This document shows, in pieces, positions 28,534 to 38,075 of a stretch of 64,000 bases of DNA. A model generated the notes under the pieces. It saw only the letters and a program-made list of their open reading frames with translations. It was not told the DNA's origin and ran no database searches. The DNA comes from Rhizomicrobium sp. (GTDB lineage: Bacteria; Pseudomonadota; Alphaproteobacteria; Micropepsales; Micropepsaceae). Position 1 is the stretch's first letter. Every line of letters begins with the position of its first letter. Position numbers and translations under genes: made by a program. Location of the stretch: the NCBI GenBank assembly GCA_036495845.1, contig DASXMF010000061.1, forward strand, positions 12,299 through 76,298, given 5' to 3'.

Positions 28534-29175
28534 ATGACCGCACGACGCACACAGATCCTCGTAGGCCTCCTGTTCACGCTTGGCGTGGGTTTGCTGCCGC
28601 TCGGCACCTGGGGCCGCGCCTATAGCGGGTTGGGACGGCTCGTCGGAAACGAAGTCCTGTGGTGGGTAGCGGTCGTCGTCGCTCTCGCCTATGTCGCGTT
28701 TGTTGAACGGCGTTCCTTCGCATCGATCGGATTTCGCAAACCGAAAATTCTCGATCTCGTGCTCGCGGCCATCGCGGGCGTTCTGATGGTTGCGGGAATC
28801 GTCTTCATCTACAACGTGGTGTTTCCGGCGCTGCATCTGACGATGAATGCCAGCGCCATGAGCTACCTTCTGGCGACTCCGTTCTGGTACCGGCTGATGC
28901 TGGTCACCCGCGCCGCCGTCGCCGAGGAATTGCTGTTCCGTGGCTATCCGATCGAGAGGCTGACCGAGCTTGCCGGCAGCCGCGTGCTGGCGGCGCTGAT
29001 TTCCTGGGCGGCCTTCACCTATGCCCATCTTTCGAGCTGGGGTGCAGCGCAGTTGATCGTAGCCGGTTATGGAGGCGTCGTGCTGACGGCGCTCTATCTG
29101 TGGCGGCGCAACCTCTGGGCCAACATGCTGGCGCACTGGATTGCGGACGGCGCGGGCTTCCTGCTGCCGCATTGA
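28534..29175 (+). CDS. CPBP (CAAX/Abi) intramembrane metalloprotease
   Basis: EELLFRGY, FTYAH, LAHWIAD; multi-TM. Confidence 0.9.
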   Translation: MTARRTQILVGLLFTLGVGLLPLGTWGRAYSGLGRLVGNEVLWWVAVVVALAYVAFVERRSFASIGFRKPKILDLVLAAIAGVLMVAGIVFIYNVVFPALHLTMNASAMSYLLATPFWYRLMLVTRAAVAEELLFRGYPIERLTELAGSRVLAALISWAAFTYAHLSSWGAAQLIVAGYGGVVLTALYLWRRNLWANMLAHWIADGAGFLLPH

Positions 29176-29227
29176 AAGGCGCACTACGCCCCACTAACGT
29201 CTCCCGACATTTGCAATGGAGCGCAGA

Positions 29228-29503
29228 ATGCGAAAATTCATTATTGAACGCGACATTCCCCAGATCGGGAGTGCGGAGCGCGAGACGCTGAGGGGTGCAG
29301 CCCAGAAGTCCAATTCGGTGCTCGCCGAGCTTGCGCCCGACATTCAATGGGTAGAGTCCTACGTGGCAGCGGACAAGACGTTCTGCGTGTATCTGGCGAA
29401 GGACGAGGCGATCATCCGCAAGCATGCGGAAATGAGCGGCTTTCCGGCCACGAAAGTCACCGAAGTGTCCAAGATGATCGACCCGACGACCGCGCGGGCA
29501 TGA
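29228..29503 (+). CDS. DUF4242 protein
   Basis: FIIERDIP..IQWVESYV..DKTFCVYLA..IRKHA..SGFPATKV. Confidence 0.85.
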   Translation: MRKFIIERDIPQIGSAERETLRGAAQKSNSVLAELAPDIQWVESYVAADKTFCVYLAKDEAIIRKHAEMSGFPATKVTEVSKMIDPTTARA

Positions 29504-29566
29504 AAGTCGGCCGTCTCGAGTCGGGCAATCTGCGGTGCGTCGATCGCTGGCGGTCTGTGGCGAGCG

Positions 29567-30313
29567 CTACGGCCGGGCGAATTTCAGGATGAACTGATCG
29601 GTTTTGAAGCGAAGCGCGGGAGTGAAGACCGACTTGGTGTGGTCGTCGGCGGGACTGGCGAGCAGGTCGCTTTCGCCGACGAGCTTGAAGCCTGCGGCAG
29701 TGACTTCCTTGATGACCACCGATTTCTCGATCCGGTGAAGCTTGGGCGAGTCGCTTGCGCCCGTGCCCGCCGCAGCGGCGTGATCGACGATGAAATAGAT
29801 GCCGCCCGGCTTCAACGAATCGAATACGAGCCTGTTGAACTGCGCCATATCGACCTTTGCGTATTTCGGAATGTGCAGGTCGTGATAGTTGTTCGTCGTC
29901 CAGAACAGGTCGACCTTTTCGGGCAGGTGAAAGGTTCCGAGCGGCGCCAGATCGAGCCGGACATTGCTGCGCCCGGGCCCCTTCAACGCCGCTTTGGTGG
30001 CGTCGATATTTTGTTCTCCCCAAGTCGTGGTCTCGAGTGCATAGACTTTGCCGTTCGGGCCGACGATGTCGCTCAGCAGGCGCGTGTAGTAGCCGCCGCC
30101 CGGAAGGTATTCCCCGACGGTCTCGCCGGGCTTCACACCCGCGAAGGCGAGGATTTCCGCAGGTTTTCGCCGGTCGTCGAACTTGCGATCGTCGGCGGGA
30201 CGCGACGGATCGGCAAGCGCTTTGGCAATGTAGTCCGGCGCTGCTGCAGCCGCCGCCTGCGCGGTGAAAGTGGCCAGCGCCATGGAAAAAGCTGCGATCA
30301 GGATGCGCGTCAT
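29567..30313 (-). CDS. secreted class I SAM-dependent methyltransferase-like protein
   Basis: Signal peptide; RKPAEILAFAGVKPG; PGGGYYTRLL; NYHDL; LKPGG..VDH; TDQFILKF. Confidence 0.85.
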   Translation of the reverse strand: MTRILIAAFSMALATFTAQAAAAAAPDYIAKALADPSRPADDRKFDDRRKPAEILAFAGVKPGETVGEYLPGGGYYTRLLSDIVGPNGKVYALETTTWGEQNIDATKAALKGPGRSNVRLDLAPLGTFHLPEKVDLFWTTNNYHDLHIPKYAKVDMAQFNRLVFDSLKPGGIYFIVDHAAAAGTGASDSPKLHRIEKSVVIKEVTAAGFKLVGESDLLASPADDHTKSVFTPALRFKTDQFILKFARP

Positions 30314-30405
30314 CACGACGTCCCCGTTCCACAAATGGCCGAGCATCCTACATGCCGCACGCAACCGCGCACGTACACGATGGCGTGACCGCGACCGATC
30401 GACGT

Positions 30406-31551
30406 TTAAAGCCCGGCTTTCTGGGCGCGGGCGCCCGTCGCACACGGCAACGCCGGGAGCACGAAGCGCTCGAGCAGATCCGTGGTTTGCTGGTGCATGC
30501 CGTGCGTATTATAATTCGTGCGCGTAACGACGATTGCGGTGCGCAGATCTCTCAACACGACTATCGCGTTGCCTCCATTGCCTGCCATGTACCAGCCTGC
30601 GACAGGCCCGCAGGCTGTCCTGTAGTCTCGCTGCCAGAAGAAGTAGCCGTAGTTCTGGCCGGGATAGGCATTGCGCCGGACCGTGAGTGCCGCATCCACC
30701 CATGATGCCGGCACGACTTGCCTGCCTTCCCAGCGGCCATCATCGGCCAGCATCCACGCAATTTTCGCGAGGTCCCGCGATCTGAGCCGTAACCCGCCGC
30801 CGGTCATGATCTCGCCGGCCGGCGAATGCGGCCATTCCCACTCCGTAATTCCGAGAGGACGCAGAATCCTGTTCTCGATGTATTGATCGACGGGCTGATG
30901 CGCAGCGCGCTGAAGAATCTGCCCGAGCAGGAATGCGCCCGTCGTGCAGTAGCGCCATGGACCGAGCCCGGAAGCATCGCGTCTGTAGCCGGGCGCCGTT
31001 GGAAGGTCGACGGCCCAGCGCGACCAGTTGGGTTGAGGATGCATGTTGTCTTCATTGCCGGGACTCTTGTCGTCGTCGTCGTTGCAGTCCAGCGCGGACG
31101 ACATGGTCAGCAAGTCCTCGATGGTTGTCGCCTGCTTGTCGGGCGTATCGTTCCGGAATGGCCGAAGGTCGGCGAGAAGAGTGAAGGCGCGCGCGTGCTG
31201 CGAGGATATCGCGCCGTCGCCAATGGCCGCGCCCACGCCAAGAGCGGTAATGGACTTCGTTGCCGAGCGCGTGTCGTTCAGCAAACGCGCGCTGCCCTCT
31301 CCGAAATAGTCTTCATAGGAGAGCCTGCCGTTGAGGACGATCAGCACGCTCGTGGTATGTGGGTAGTCGCCGCGAGCGACCGCATCCCTCAGATCAGAGA
31401 GTGGCGCGGGATCGAGTCCTGTCGCGGTCGCCGGGGCGACCAGAAAGCCGTCATGCAGATCGGGTGGTGATGTGGGACCGCGACCCGAAGCGCAGGAAAG
31501 CAGAGAACCGGTCGCGAAGGCGAGAATGGCAAGGCGAACAAGGAACGGCAT
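30406..31551 (-). CDS. serine hydrolase (class C beta-lactamase/NylB-like) lipoprotein
   Basis: Lipobox LLSC; SxxK (SATK); LLTMSS; GGGLRLRSRDLAKI; AGNGGN. Confidence 0.85.
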   Translation of the reverse strand: MPFLVRLAILAFATGSLLSCASGRGPTSPPDLHDGFLVAPATATGLDPAPLSDLRDAVARGDYPHTTSVLIVLNGRLSYEDYFGEGSARLLNDTRSATKSITALGVGAAIGDGAISSQHARAFTLLADLRPFRNDTPDKQATTIEDLLTMSSALDCNDDDDKSPGNEDNMHPQPNWSRWAVDLPTAPGYRRDASGLGPWRYCTTGAFLLGQILQRAAHQPVDQYIENRILRPLGITEWEWPHSPAGEIMTGGGLRLRSRDLAKIAWMLADDGRWEGRQVVPASWVDAALTVRRNAYPGQNYGYFFWQRDYRTACGPVAGWYMAGNGGNAIVVLRDLRTAIVVTRTNYNTHGMHQQTTDLLERFVLPALPCATGARAQKAGL

Positions 31552-31664
31552 GTGCGCTCTCCAGGCTGCGGTCGTTGCGGGAGGTTAGCCGCAAATCCAT
31601 GTCGCTTTCCCGCAAAAAGAGCCACTGTCCTGCGGTTTGGCCGCAATCTGGTGGGAGCCAGCAC

Positions 31665-32132
31665 ATGGACCGCATCGACCGCAAAATTCTCGCGCTCTAT
31701 CAGTTGGACACGCGCCGCATCGCAGAATCGATTGGTTCGGAAGTGGGGTTGTCTGCAGCCGCCGTGCAGCGCCGCATCAAGCGGCTCAGAAGCACGGGCG
31801 CGATCCGCAGCGAGATCGCGGTTCTGGACCCCGGCGCAACGGGAGTCCTGATCACCTGCGTCGTGCTTCTGACGATGGTGTCGCGGCCCGCACCCGCTGC
31901 CAGTCTCTCCCGCTTCAAACGCGAGATGATCCGGCTGACGCAGGTGCAACAATGCTATCAGGTGACGGGTTCCAGCGACTTCGTTCTTGTTGTCACTGCT
32001 CGCAGCATGGAGGAATATGGTGAATTCGCGCGGCGGTCCTTCGAATCCAACGAGAATGTCATGCGCTACGAAACGCTCGTTGTTCTCGATCGCGCAAAGG
32101 TCGGCCTGTCGCTTTCGGTTCCCGTTGCTTGA
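31665..32132 (+). CDS. Lrp/AsnC transcriptional regulator
   Basis: MDRIDRKIL..VGLSAAAVQRRIKRL; QQCYQVTGSSDF. Confidence 0.92.
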   Translation: MDRIDRKILALYQLDTRRIAESIGSEVGLSAAAVQRRIKRLRSTGAIRSEIAVLDPGATGVLITCVVLLTMVSRPAPAASLSRFKREMIRLTQVQQCYQVTGSSDFVLVVTARSMEEYGEFARRSFESNENVMRYETLVVLDRAKVGLSLSVPVA

Positions 32133-32164
32133 CGTTGCCTGCGAGCGGTCGGCGCGAGAGCGGT

Positions 32165-32743
32165 TCAACGGGCCCGCGGCGGCACGACGTCCTTGAACGC
32201 ATCGAAGCCTTTCCAGGCGGGCTCGACTGGCGCCTGTCCGGCCCTCGGCACGTAGACCGACTCTTCCTTCATCTCGAAGTGGGGGATGTAGCGCGGGCAA
32301 TTCGGGAAAATGTGTTCCGGTGTCACGCGCACAAGCGCCTGCGCCCCGGGCATTGACGCGTTGGCGGCGTCGTCGAAGGTAACAAGTGCGCGGCCATTGC
32401 CTCGCCGGCGTCCGCGGTTCTCGCCGACCCGAATGAACAGGAGTCCGACATGCGGGTTGACGCGGATATTGCCGAGGCTCTTGAACATGCCGTTGCCGTC
32501 ATAATCTGGAAATACGAGAAGATCGGGCGCAACCACTCTCGCGAATCCAGGCGATCCGCCCTTGAAGGAGCAATCGGGCCTGCCATCGAGATCGGCGGTT
32601 GCAAGAAAGAAGAACGGCACGCTCTCGATGAAGGCGCGGTCGTCGTCGGTGAATTCCGATCGTCGCGTACGCTCGACCAGGCGGTCCGCGAGTGCACGGC
32701 TGCCGAAGCGATCCTGAAGCTCGCGATTTCCAGGATGGTACAT
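32165..32743 (-). CDS. pyridoxamine 5'-phosphate oxidase family FMN-binding protein
   Basis: FFFLATAD..PDCSFKGGSPGF; PDYDGNGMFKSLGNI..NPHVGLLFI; NCPRYI. Confidence 0.88.
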   Translation of the reverse strand: MYHPGNRELQDRFGSRALADRLVERTRRSEFTDDDRAFIESVPFFFLATADLDGRPDCSFKGGSPGFARVVAPDLLVFPDYDGNGMFKSLGNIRVNPHVGLLFIRVGENRGRRRGNGRALVTFDDAANASMPGAQALVRVTPEHIFPNCPRYIPHFEMKEESVYVPRAGQAPVEPAWKGFDAFKDVVPPRAR

Positions 32744-32902
32744 CTGGCTTCTCCACCGCAGGCACGAACGAACACTACTACAGCCTGGCACCGTCCGCGC
32801 GATGCTGCCGATGGCGCGGGTTCCCGGCGGAATCGCAGCGGGAACGGCAGCTGGGGCGAGGCGCGCGGCCGCTATTCCGGTATTCGGAACCGATCTTGGC
32901 GC

Positions 32903-32927
32903 GGAACGGGCAATTGGTCTTTGCGTT
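32903..32927 (+). promoter_or_regulatory. EcfG/SigT general-stress-response promoter
   Basis: GGAAC-16 bp-CGTT, about 35 bp upstream of the ATG at 32962. Confidence 0.65.
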
Positions 32928-32961
32928 TTATTGCCGTCGAGCGGGCAGAGGAGAATGAGTC

Positions 32962-33201
32962 ATGACTCTGCACAAATCGGTAACTGCCGTGATCGGCGGG
33001 CTTATGGTCTCGGCCGCTCTGGCCGGATGCGCGACGAAAGAAACTCCGCCGCCAGCCCCGCCGCCAGCCGCGGAACCAGCACCGGCGCCGTCAACCAACT
33101 ATCAATCATCCGAAACGCAGCAAACCCAGCCCGCACCGCAGCCAAGCGGCTCGATGTCGGGTGGTGCGACGTCAGGCGGATCGGGCAGCAATCCCCAGTA
33201 G
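32962..33201 (+). CDS. small Pro/Gln/Ser-rich lipoprotein
   Basis: Lipobox LAGC; low-complexity mature part; GAGGAG RBS. Confidence 0.75.
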   Translation: MTLHKSVTAVIGGLMVSAALAGCATKETPPPAPPPAAEPAPAPSTNYQSSETQQTQPAPQPSGSMSGGATSGGSGSNPQ

Positions 33202-33490
33202 GGATTGGCTCGGGGGCAGCCCGTGCTGTCCCCGAGTTTCAAGCATCGATGAGGCGATCGCTTCGGGCTGCAAAGCCGGGGCAGTCGTTGATTGCGTTGG
33301 GTATTGTGCGCGTCTTCGCGCCGCCCTGAAACGCCGCCGCCGGAGTGCCATTCCGGGGTGGCGAACGAACCTGTCGTTCACCAGAATCTGAACGCGTCCG
33401 CCCCCCGGTCCTGTAGCCGGGTCAAACGGCAGCCGCTACAGTATCCCCCCGCCTCGACCAGTCGTGACGGCTATTCCTGAAGGGGACCCC

Positions 33491-35626
33491 ATGCTTCGCT
33501 TGCATCCGCTTTGCCTCGGCGTTGCCGCAGCCTTTATCCTCGCCGCCGTGTCGTCATCCTCCAGAACCGCGCAGGCTGCGCCCAACCCCTTTGCCGAGCC
33601 GAGCGCCCTGCCGCTGCAGGCGCCGCGCTTCGACCGCATCAAGGACAGCGACTATCAGCCGGCCTTCGAAGAGGCGATGAAGCAGCAGATCGCGGAAATG
33701 GAGCAAATCGCGAACAATCCCGCACCGCCCACCTTCGAGAACACGATCGTGACGTTCGAGAAATCCGGCCGGATGCTGGATCGGGTGAATCTCGCTTTTT
33801 CGGCGGTCGTCGGCGCCAACACCAACGACACGCTCGACAAGACGCAGACGGACGTCGCGCCGAAGCTCGCTGCCCATCAGGACGCGATCCTTCTGAACCC
33901 GAAGCTCTTCAAGCGCGTAAAGGCCGTCTATGACGCGCGCGATTCGCTGAAGCTCGACCCCGAATCCCTCCAGGTCCTCAAGCTCGACTACATGCAGTTC
34001 GTGCATGACGGCGCCAATCTCTCGGACGCCGATAAGGCGAAACTGCGCGAACTCAACAAGCGTGACGCCTCGCTCGAAGCCGCGTTCCAGCAGAAGCTCG
34101 TGGCCGCGGCCAAGGCCGGCGCGCTGATCGTGGACAACAGGAAGTCGCTTGCCGGTCTCAGCGATCAGGAAATCGCCGCCGCGCAGCAGGCCGCGAAGGC
34201 GCGCAAGCTCGAGGGCAAGTTCGTCATTCCGCTGCAGAACACGACGCAGCAGCCCGTGCTTGCCTCGCTCTCCGACCGTGACGTGCGCCAGAAACTGTTC
34301 GACAATTCATGGACGCGCGCCGAGAAGGGCAACAAGAACGACACGCGCGCCCTGATCGCGGAACTCGCCAAGATTCGCGCCGACAAGGCAAAGCTCCTCG
34401 GTTATCCCAACTATGCGGCCTACGTTCTATACGACCAGATGGCGAAGACGCCGGACGCGGTCCTGAAATTCATGGGTCAGCTCGCGCCGGCGACGCGCGC
34501 CAAGGCGGCCGAGGAAGCGAAGGACATCCAGACCCTCATCGACAAACAGGGTGGAAAATTCGCGCTCAAACCATGGGATTGGGAATTCTATTCCGAGCAG
34601 GTCCGCAAGGCGAAGTTCGATATCGACGAAAAGGAGATCAAGCCCTATTTCGAACTGAACAACGTCTTGCAGAACGGCGTCTTCTACGCGGCGAACAAGC
34701 TCTATGGGCTAACGTTCAAGGAGCGGCACGACATTCTCGTCTATCAGCCGGACGTGCGCGTATTCGACGTGTTCGACAAGGACGGTTCGCAGCTCGGAAT
34801 GGCGTATTTCGACTATTTCAAGCGGGACAACAAATCAGGCGGCGCCTGGATGTCGACATTCGTGAATCAGTCAAAGCTGCTTGGAACGAAACCGGTCATC
34901 TACAACGTCGCCAACTTTACCAAGCCTGCGCCCGGCCAGCCGGCGCTGCTGACCTTCGACGACGTGACGACAATGTTCCATGAATTCGGCCACGGGTTGC
35001 ACGGCCTGTTCGCCAACCAGACCTATGAGTCGATTTCGGGCACGAGCGTGGCGCGCGATTTCGTGGAATTCCCCTCGCAGTTCAACGAGCATTGGGCGCT
35101 CTATCCGGACGTGCTGAAGCACTACGCGGTCCACTACAAGACCGGTCAGCCCATGCCGCAGGCGCTGATCGACAAGCTCAAGAAAGCCGCGAAATTCGAC
35201 CAAGGCTACAAGCTGGGCGAAGTGGTGGCCGCGGCCGAGCTCGACATGCAGTGGCACATGCTCTCGGCGGATTCCGCAAAGCAGGATTGCGATTCCTTCG
35301 AGCCCCAGGCGCTGAAGGCGGCAAATGTCGATTTCCCTGACGTGCCCCCACGCTACCGATCGAGTTATTTCCTGCACATCTGGGCGAACGGCTACGCGGC
35401 CGGCTATTACGCCTATCTGTGGACGGAGATGCTCGACGACGACGCGTTCGCCTGGTTCACGGCGCATGGCGGATTGACGCGCGAGAACGGCGAGCGCTTC
35501 CGCCACCTGATCCTGTCGCGCGGGCACAGCGAGGATTACGGCCCGATGTTCCGCGCCTTCTACGGCAAGGACCCCGATATCGAGCCGATGCTCCAGCACC
35601 GTGGCCTGGCGCCGGGAGAGGGTTGA
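33491..35626 (+). CDS. dcp: peptidyl-dipeptidase Dcp (M3 metallopeptidase), secreted
   Basis: NPF..PSALPLQAPRFD; KSGGAWM; HEFGHGLH; RDFVEFPSQ; GYAAGYYAYLW. Confidence 0.93.
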   Translation: MLRLHPLCLGVAAAFILAAVSSSSRTAQAAPNPFAEPSALPLQAPRFDRIKDSDYQPAFEEAMKQQIAEMEQIANNPAPPTFENTIVTFEKSGRMLDRVNLAFSAVVGANTNDTLDKTQTDVAPKLAAHQDAILLNPKLFKRVKAVYDARDSLKLDPESLQVLKLDYMQFVHDGANLSDADKAKLRELNKRDASLEAAFQQKLVAAAKAGALIVDNRKSLAGLSDQEIAAAQQAAKARKLEGKFVIPLQNTTQQPVLASLSDRDVRQKLFDNSWTRAEKGNKNDTRALIAELAKIRADKAKLLGYPNYAAYVLYDQMAKTPDAVLKFMGQLAPATRAKAAEEAKDIQTLIDKQGGKFALKPWDWEFYSEQVRKAKFDIDEKEIKPYFELNNVLQNGVFYAANKLYGLTFKERHDILVYQPDVRVFDVFDKDGSQLGMAYFDYFKRDNKSGGAWMSTFVNQSKLLGTKPVIYNVANFTKPAPGQPALLTFDDVTTMFHEFGHGLHGLFANQTYESISGTSVARDFVEFPSQFNEHWALYPDVLKHYAVHYKTGQPMPQALIDKLKKAAKFDQGYKLGEVVAAAELDMQWHMLSADSAKQDCDSFEPQALKAANVDFPDVPPRYRSSYFLHIWANGYAAGYYAYLWTEMLDDDAFAWFTAHGGLTRENGERFRHLILSRGHSEDYGPMFRAFYGKDPDIEPMLQHRGLAPGEG

Positions 35627-35630
35627 GTCG

Positions 35631-35701
35631 CACCCTCACCCGCGCTCGTGCGGTTGTGGGGACATCGTACTCTTCCCCTCTCCCACAAGGGGAGAGGGGG
35701 C
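35631..35701. repeat. degenerate palindromic repeat
   Basis: caccctcacc...cccctctcccacaaggggagagggg between convergent genes. Confidence 0.55.
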
Positions 35702-35816
35702 ATCGGGCGTTGATTATCGGGCCTTGATGCAGGACTCGGAATTTCCCGCTCGCCGTGTGGGAGAGGGCTGCAGAACGAGGACTCTCAAGCGCCTGGGCGC
35801 GTTGAGGGGTGCTGCC

Positions 35817-36335
35817 TTAATTGGGCTTTAGTGGCGTCGCCGTTGCACTCATCGGCGGTTTCTGAACGGCATGCGCGCGGCCGTCCGGCTTGCCGAATTC
35901 GGGACGGCAATGACCATCGATATGGGCGCCCGATTCGATTCTCAGATCCTGATGGATCACGTCGCCGCTCATGTGTGCGGTGCTCGTAAGCACGACCTTG
36001 CGTGCCTCGATCTTGCCTTCCACCTTGCCGGACAGCTCGACCTCTTCGCCGTAGACGGTCCCCTTGACGCGGGCGTTGCCGCCGACCTTCACCGACGCCG
36101 CGCGGACATCGCCGTCAATCTCGCCTTCGATGTGCACGTCTTCCGTGCTCTCGAGCTGGCCGGTGATCTTGAGCGCTTTGCTGATGACGGACACGGACGA
36201 AGTCTGGCCCGGCGCGGCGTGCACGCGCCTCGCCTCGATGGGAGCCGGAGCGGCTTGGGGCGCGGCAGGAGAAGGCGTCGCCACAGGCTTTGCGGCGGGC
36301 ACGGGTTCTTTGTCGCTGCGAGTGAACATCGTCAT
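35817..36335 (-). CDS. bactofilin (polymer-forming cytoskeletal protein)
   Basis: SVISKALKITGQL..VHIEGEIDGDV..VGGNARVKG..GDVIH..IESGAHIDG; Pro-rich N-terminus. Confidence 0.92.
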   Translation of the reverse strand: MTMFTRSDKEPVPAAKPVATPSPAAPQAAPAPIEARRVHAAPGQTSSVSVISKALKITGQLESTEDVHIEGEIDGDVRAASVKVGGNARVKGTVYGEEVELSGKVEGKIEARKVVLTSTAHMSGDVIHQDLRIESGAHIDGHCRPEFGKPDGRAHAVQKPPMSATATPLKPN

Positions 36336-36745
36336 GGCTGGGTCTCCGGGAGTGTTTCGAGAGTTTCGAAATAGTTGATCGGCCGCCAGGGCATGCGCCC
36401 GTCTATCCGCGCACCACTCGCGACCGACACGGTGGTGTGGAAAATCCTTCCTCTGACATCGGCGGAACTGTCGATCGTGACGTTGATGGCGAAGACGCGC
36501 CCTTCCAGCTTCCCGCCGATATGCGCGTCGCGCGCGACCATGTCGCCTTCGACAGCGCCGCCTTTTTCAATGACCAGGCGGTCCGCGCGAATCTGGCCAA
36601 GCACCCGACCATGGATGTGCACCACGCCCTCCGTCTCCAGGCTGCCTGTTACAGTGAGTGCCCGCCCAAGATGCGACGCCGGCATTCCGGCCTCTCCTCT
36701 TCGGGCTTGTGTCCGGATAAGTGCGCGGCTGGGCAAGGCGGACAT
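36332..36745 (-). CDS. second bactofilin
   Basis: LTVTGSLETEGVVHIHGRV..GAVEGD..VASGARIDG; ATGA overlap with the first; start uncertain. Confidence 0.85.
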   Translation of the reverse strand: MSALPSRALIRTQARRGEAGMPASHLGRALTVTGSLETEGVVHIHGRVLGQIRADRLVIEKGGAVEGDMVARDAHIGGKLEGRVFAINVTIDSSADVRGRIFHTTVSVASGARIDGRMPWRPINYFETLETLPETQP

Positions 36746-36879
36746 CAATCGCCGTTCCTCAATTCAAGGCTGATACCCCCGTGAGGGACGATCATGGCGC
36801 AGAACCCTGGGCCGGGGCAAGCGATCCCTGCCGTTGCATGTTGCCGGCATCGACGATCAAGGTTGTGCCAAGGTTTTCC

Positions 36880-37719
36880 ATGAATTATCGCCACGCCTTC
36901 CATGCCGGCAATTTCGCGGATGTGCTGAAGCACATCGCGCTCACGGCCGTCATCCTGCACCTGAGGCGTAAAGAAAAGGCATTCTGCGCGATCGACACGC
37001 ATGCGGGGGCCGGCCTCTACCAGCTCGGAAGCGAAGAGGCCCGCCGCACTGGCGAGGCAGGGCAGGGCATAGCGCGGATCCTCGATCTGGCCGGCAGCGA
37101 GGAAATCCCCAAAGCGGTCGCGGCCTACCTTGCTTGTGTGACGCAGGAAGGCGGGGACTGCTATCCGGGCTCCGCACGAATCCTGGCGCGATTGCTGCGG
37201 CCACAGGACCGCCTGATCGCCATCGAAAAACATCCCGGCGAGGCGTCCTCGCTACGCTCGGCGCTGGCGGAATTCTCCAACGCGCGCGTTGTGCAAGGCG
37301 ACGGGTACGAACGTTTGCCGGCGCTGCTACCGCCGTCCGAACGTCGCGGCGTGGTGCTGATCGATCCGCCCTACGAGGCCGGCGACGAATTCGAGCGCGC
37401 CGTGGACCTTCTCGCCGGCGCTCACCGACGCTTCGCCACGGGAATCTGTCTGCTCTGGTTTCCCATCAAGTCGAAAGTCGCAGCCGACGCGTTCTGCGGC
37501 GAAGTCCGCTCACGCGTGGCTGCGACACTCCTGCGGCTCGACATCGATGTCGGCCGATCTCGCGATGCGGAGAAGGAGCGCCTGTCTGCCGCGGGACTGC
37601 TGGTGCTCAACCCGCCATTTGGATTCGAATCCGAAATGGGCGCCGCGGCCCCGGCCGTTGCTCCTCTCCTCGGCCGTACGGCGGACCAACCGGCCATAAT
37701 CACGATTGCGGGGATTTGA
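36880..37719 (+). CDS. rlmJ: 23S rRNA m6A2030 methyltransferase
   Basis: MNYRHAFHAGNFADVLKH; DTHAGAGLY; YPGS; LIDPPYE. Confidence 0.96.
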   Translation: MNYRHAFHAGNFADVLKHIALTAVILHLRRKEKAFCAIDTHAGAGLYQLGSEEARRTGEAGQGIARILDLAGSEEIPKAVAAYLACVTQEGGDCYPGSARILARLLRPQDRLIAIEKHPGEASSLRSALAEFSNARVVQGDGYERLPALLPPSERRGVVLIDPPYEAGDEFERAVDLLAGAHRRFATGICLLWFPIKSKVAADAFCGEVRSRVAATLLRLDIDVGRSRDAEKERLSAAGLLVLNPPFGFESEMGAAAPAVAPLLGRTADQPAIITIAGI

Positions 37720-37863
37720 CCTCTCGGAGGCAACGGTTGCGAATTCGCGGGCTCGCGGACAAGGTACAGGCTGGCGCACCGCTGGCGCGGGATGAATTCA
37801 GCTTGACGTGCGCTCTCTTCGACTCGGATTTGCCTCATGCTTGAAGATGGCTGCCTCTTGATT

Positions 37864-38013
37864 GACCTCCCCCTTGCGGGGAGGTCGAATTTTGCTAGCG
37901 TCGCGAGCAAAATTCGGGTGGGGGTCTGTTCGGTGCGGAAGTTCACCCCCACCCGAAATCATGCCACCGCGTGCCGCGGTGACCTGATTTCGACCTCCCC
38001 GCAAGGGGGAGGT
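37864..38013. repeat. palindromic REPIN-like element
   Basis: acctcccccttgcggggaggtcgaa...ttcgacctccccgcaagggggaggt, with inner cgggtggggg/cccccacccg arms. Confidence 0.8.
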
Positions 38014-38075
38014 TGGGCGCATGCTTCATCGCGACCGATTCAATCCGATTACATCCTGCCCTAGGGGAGAACGTC

